DNA of 33,382 nucleotides from a virus (Duplodnaviria; Heunggongvirae; Uroviricota; Caudoviricetes): IMG/VR virus record IMGVR_UViG_2874945390_000012; one strand, 5' to 3'. Shown piece by piece: positions 31,286 to 33,382 of this stretch (position 1 is its first letter; each line of letters starts with the position of its first letter). The notes under the pieces were generated by a model. It saw only the letters and a program-made list of their open reading frames with translations, ran no database searches and was not told where the DNA came from. The position numbers and the translations under genes were made by a program.

Positions 31286-33382
31286 TCAGGCCAGCGGATC
31301 ATCTTCTTCCTGCATGGCAAAAAGTTTTTGCATCCCCAGCCGGAAATCGCGTTCAAATTCTTCGTCATGCTCTTCTTCATATTCCGGTTGCTGAACTGCC
31401 ACCACATTACCAACCGGGCGATAAACATTACTCAGCCAGGGTTCAGCCTGTTTGTGTTCCAGAATCTGAATACCTTCATCTTCAGCATCACGAATTTTTT
31501 CCTCAGCGCGTTTGCGCATTCCTTTAATACGCTGCTGTTGTTTGTGATATTCAGCACTGACAGCAAAGGCTGCGCGTTTATTGCCGTTCCATATCGCCTC
31601 ACAGATAAAGCTGCCGTCCTTGCGACGTACCGTAATTCGCTCGGCGTCATGAATGTCATAACTGATAAGCACTTTGCGACCGTGTTCGTCACGCAACTCC
31701 GGCGCGTAGTAAATATTGTTCAGCCACTGAATTTCGCAGCGTCTTACCGGTCGTTCCACCATTGGGCGGAACATGTCGCGCAGCTCAAGATCACTCAGCC
31801 ACTCAATTTCGGTGTCTTCTTCTGCCAGGCGTTTTTTTCTGAACTCTGTCGGGCTGTAATGCCGTCCGTTCGGTTTCATCGGCAGCTCAGAATGCGGGCG
31901 GTTGTTGTACCATTCCACGCCTTCACGAATAGCCTCAATAAGCTCCGCCCACGATGGCAGCTCGCGCATTGCCGCTTTCTGGCGGTCGTTCAGAGGCTTG
32001 TCCTGTTGCAGGGCGTTAAACGCTGAACGCAGATCACGGTTAAGTACACGCAACGATTCCCGGTCAGCACCCTTGCCAAAATAGGTGCGATACCTCCTGG
32101 CTATACGCATCGGCAGTGTCCGGTTCAGGCGTTCAATAATGCCGCGTCCCTGTGGATTACCGGCAATACCGGTAGGGTGTTTAATCCCCAGGCGTGGCAG
32201 AATACCCACGACCTCTTTGTCCAGCATGTCAGCCGTTTCACCGGAACCGTTATCCGAGTAATACAGGAACGGTTTTCCGTGGTTGCGAATGCCGTGCTGT
32301 ATCGCACCGGCAACGGCGAACACGTTTTCGGCAAGGTCAAGACTCCAGCCAACAACAAACCGTGTTCCACCATCGATCACAAACGTGACTTCCGGTGAGA
32401 ATGGACGCCCGTGGATCGGATGCGCACATTTCAGCTTCATACCGTGACCGTCACCAATCCAGACATAATTCACCGGCATAGCTGTCCAGTCGCGGCGGGT
32501 GAATCCTTCAAGCTGACGGTATTCACTGCCGGTAACGCGCCCTTTTTGTCTCACCACTTCCGGCAGTTTTTTCATGGCATACCGGACAACATCATAGGAA
32601 GGCATCACCTCCAGCATGTACGGTTCGTCCGCATGGCGACGCTGCCATTCTGCGACAAAATCCTCGTAGGCTTCTGACATGGGTCTGCCGTTCACCTGCC
32701 GATACTGCGCCAGAAATTCAGGCAGCCAGCTGATTTCTTCCGGTTTTATTTCGTCGCGTTTTCCCGGTGCCAGTAACAGCAGCCGTTCGGCGGCGTTCTG
32801 CGACTGGTTGTATTTCAGAACCCACTGGTAAAGTGGATCGCGGCTGATAGTACGATTAGCGCCACGTTTTGCATTGGCGTTAACTGCGGCCTGTTGCAGG
32901 CGCTCCGGCAGCTCACCTTTACGGGCTTTTTCAACAAGAAAGTTAATGGCTTTCAGTCGCCCGAGGTTACCGGCGCTTTCCAGCTTCAGCACTTCCACCA
33001 CCAGCGCAGCTCTTGCTTCAGATACCCGGCGCTGGTTTTCGGTCAGCGCATTCAGGCGTTCTTCCATCAGTTGTGGAGAACCGCGATATGCTTCGATTGC
33101 CTGGACAGCGTCAGGATTGCGTGTTTTTCTGGTAACAGCTTTCACTTCAGAAACATTGTTCTCTGTAGCCACCAGCTGTTCCACATAGCGTTCACGCAGT
33201 GCCTTTCGTGTTATTTCAGGCAGACAATCAATGTGGTACTCAATGGCTTTTGTGCCTTCCCGACGGCGACTAACGTCACCAAGATCACGAGAAAAACGCT
33301 GTAACGCCTGTCGGATGCCTTTTGTGGTGGCTGGCATTCCTGGTACGCCGAGCAGGTCATTTACGGTAACGTACGACTGCAT
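31286..33382 (-). CDS. A: MuA-family DDE transposase
   Basis: 698 aa; N-terminus (…GVPGMPATTKGIRQ…TKAIEYHIDCLPE…) aligns with the MuA N-terminal domain; candidate DDE residues in IGDGHG, YSDNGSGE and a downstream Glu; …DGSFICEAIW… matches MuA …DGRFICEAE…. The start codon sits at the window edge, so the N-terminus could be truncated. Confidence 0.9.
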   Translation of the reverse strand: MQSYVTVNDLLGVPGMPATTKGIRQALQRFSRDLGDVSRRREGTKAIEYHIDCLPEITRKALRERYVEQLVATENNVSEVKAVTRKTRNPDAVQAIEAYRGSPQLMEERLNALTENQRRVSEARAALVVEVLKLESAGNLGRLKAINFLVEKARKGELPERLQQAAVNANAKRGANRTISRDPLYQWVLKYNQSQNAAERLLLLAPGKRDEIKPEEISWLPEFLAQYRQVNGRPMSEAYEDFVAEWQRRHADEPYMLEVMPSYDVVRYAMKKLPEVVRQKGRVTGSEYRQLEGFTRRDWTAMPVNYVWIGDGHGMKLKCAHPIHGRPFSPEVTFVIDGGTRFVVGWSLDLAENVFAVAGAIQHGIRNHGKPFLYYSDNGSGETADMLDKEVVGILPRLGIKHPTGIAGNPQGRGIIERLNRTLPMRIARRYRTYFGKGADRESLRVLNRDLRSAFNALQQDKPLNDRQKAAMRELPSWAELIEAIREGVEWYNNRPHSELPMKPNGRHYSPTEFRKKRLAEEDTEIEWLSDLELRDMFRPMVERPVRRCEIQWLNNIYYAPELRDEHGRKVLISYDIHDAERITVRRKDGSFICEAIWNGNKRAAFAVSAEYHKQQQRIKGMRKRAEEKIRDAEDEGIQILEHKQAEPWLSNVYRPVGNVVAVQQPEYEEEHDEEFERDFRLGMQKLFAMQEEDDPLA

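Larger units (their letters stand above)
110..33382 (-). mobile_element. Mu-like transposable prophage; right end at ~110-200, left end (c, ner, attL) beyond the window
   Basis: Gene order on the minus strand follows phage Mu: A, B, early region with gam/gemA/mor, lysis, terminase, portal, F, I, T, sheath, tube, tape measure, baseplate, S, U, com, mom. Terminal repeat motifs adjoin a disrupted host gene. Confidence 0.9.

Noticed and set aside
31055-32026. 323-aa + strand ORF
   Set aside because: Antisense across the B-A junction and the transposase gene; the minus-strand genes have clear family signatures.

Overview
The window is almost entirely a Mu-like transposable prophage, with nearly all genes on the minus strand. 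The phage left-side genes lie at the right edge of the window: a MuA-family DDE transposase (31286..33382, start codon at the window edge) and the MuB-like AAA+ target-DNA activator (30260..31210). Moving down in coordinate come the semi-essential early region with gam, a gemA-like gene and a Mor/C-family activator; a lysis cassette with a GH108-type endolysin; terminase, portal, F, I and major capsid; sheath, tube, chaperone and tape measure; baseplate genes; a Mu S/U-like tail fiber and assembly pair; a second, lambda Stf-like fiber module; and com-mom next to the phage right end. The repressor, ner and the left end are outside the window. The first ~116 nt look like an internal fragment of a host DsbG-like gene that the prophage end interrupts; this rests on my recollection of the DsbG sequence. 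No tRNA, rRNA, CRISPR array or gin invertase is visible. The most notable observations are: a 214-bp non-coding island at the prophage centre (candidate strong gyrase site); a duplicated ~45-bp hairpin element upstream of the lys and I operons; a GATC-bearing perfect palindrome upstream of com-mom; two tandem tail-fiber modules with no gin or invertible segment; and several frameshift-like disruptions (gp44-like at an A5 tract, gp45/gp46-like, the Stf-like fiber, possibly gemA), which suggest either a decaying prophage or indel sequencing errors. All homology statements come from reading the translations against remembered protein families; no searches were run.
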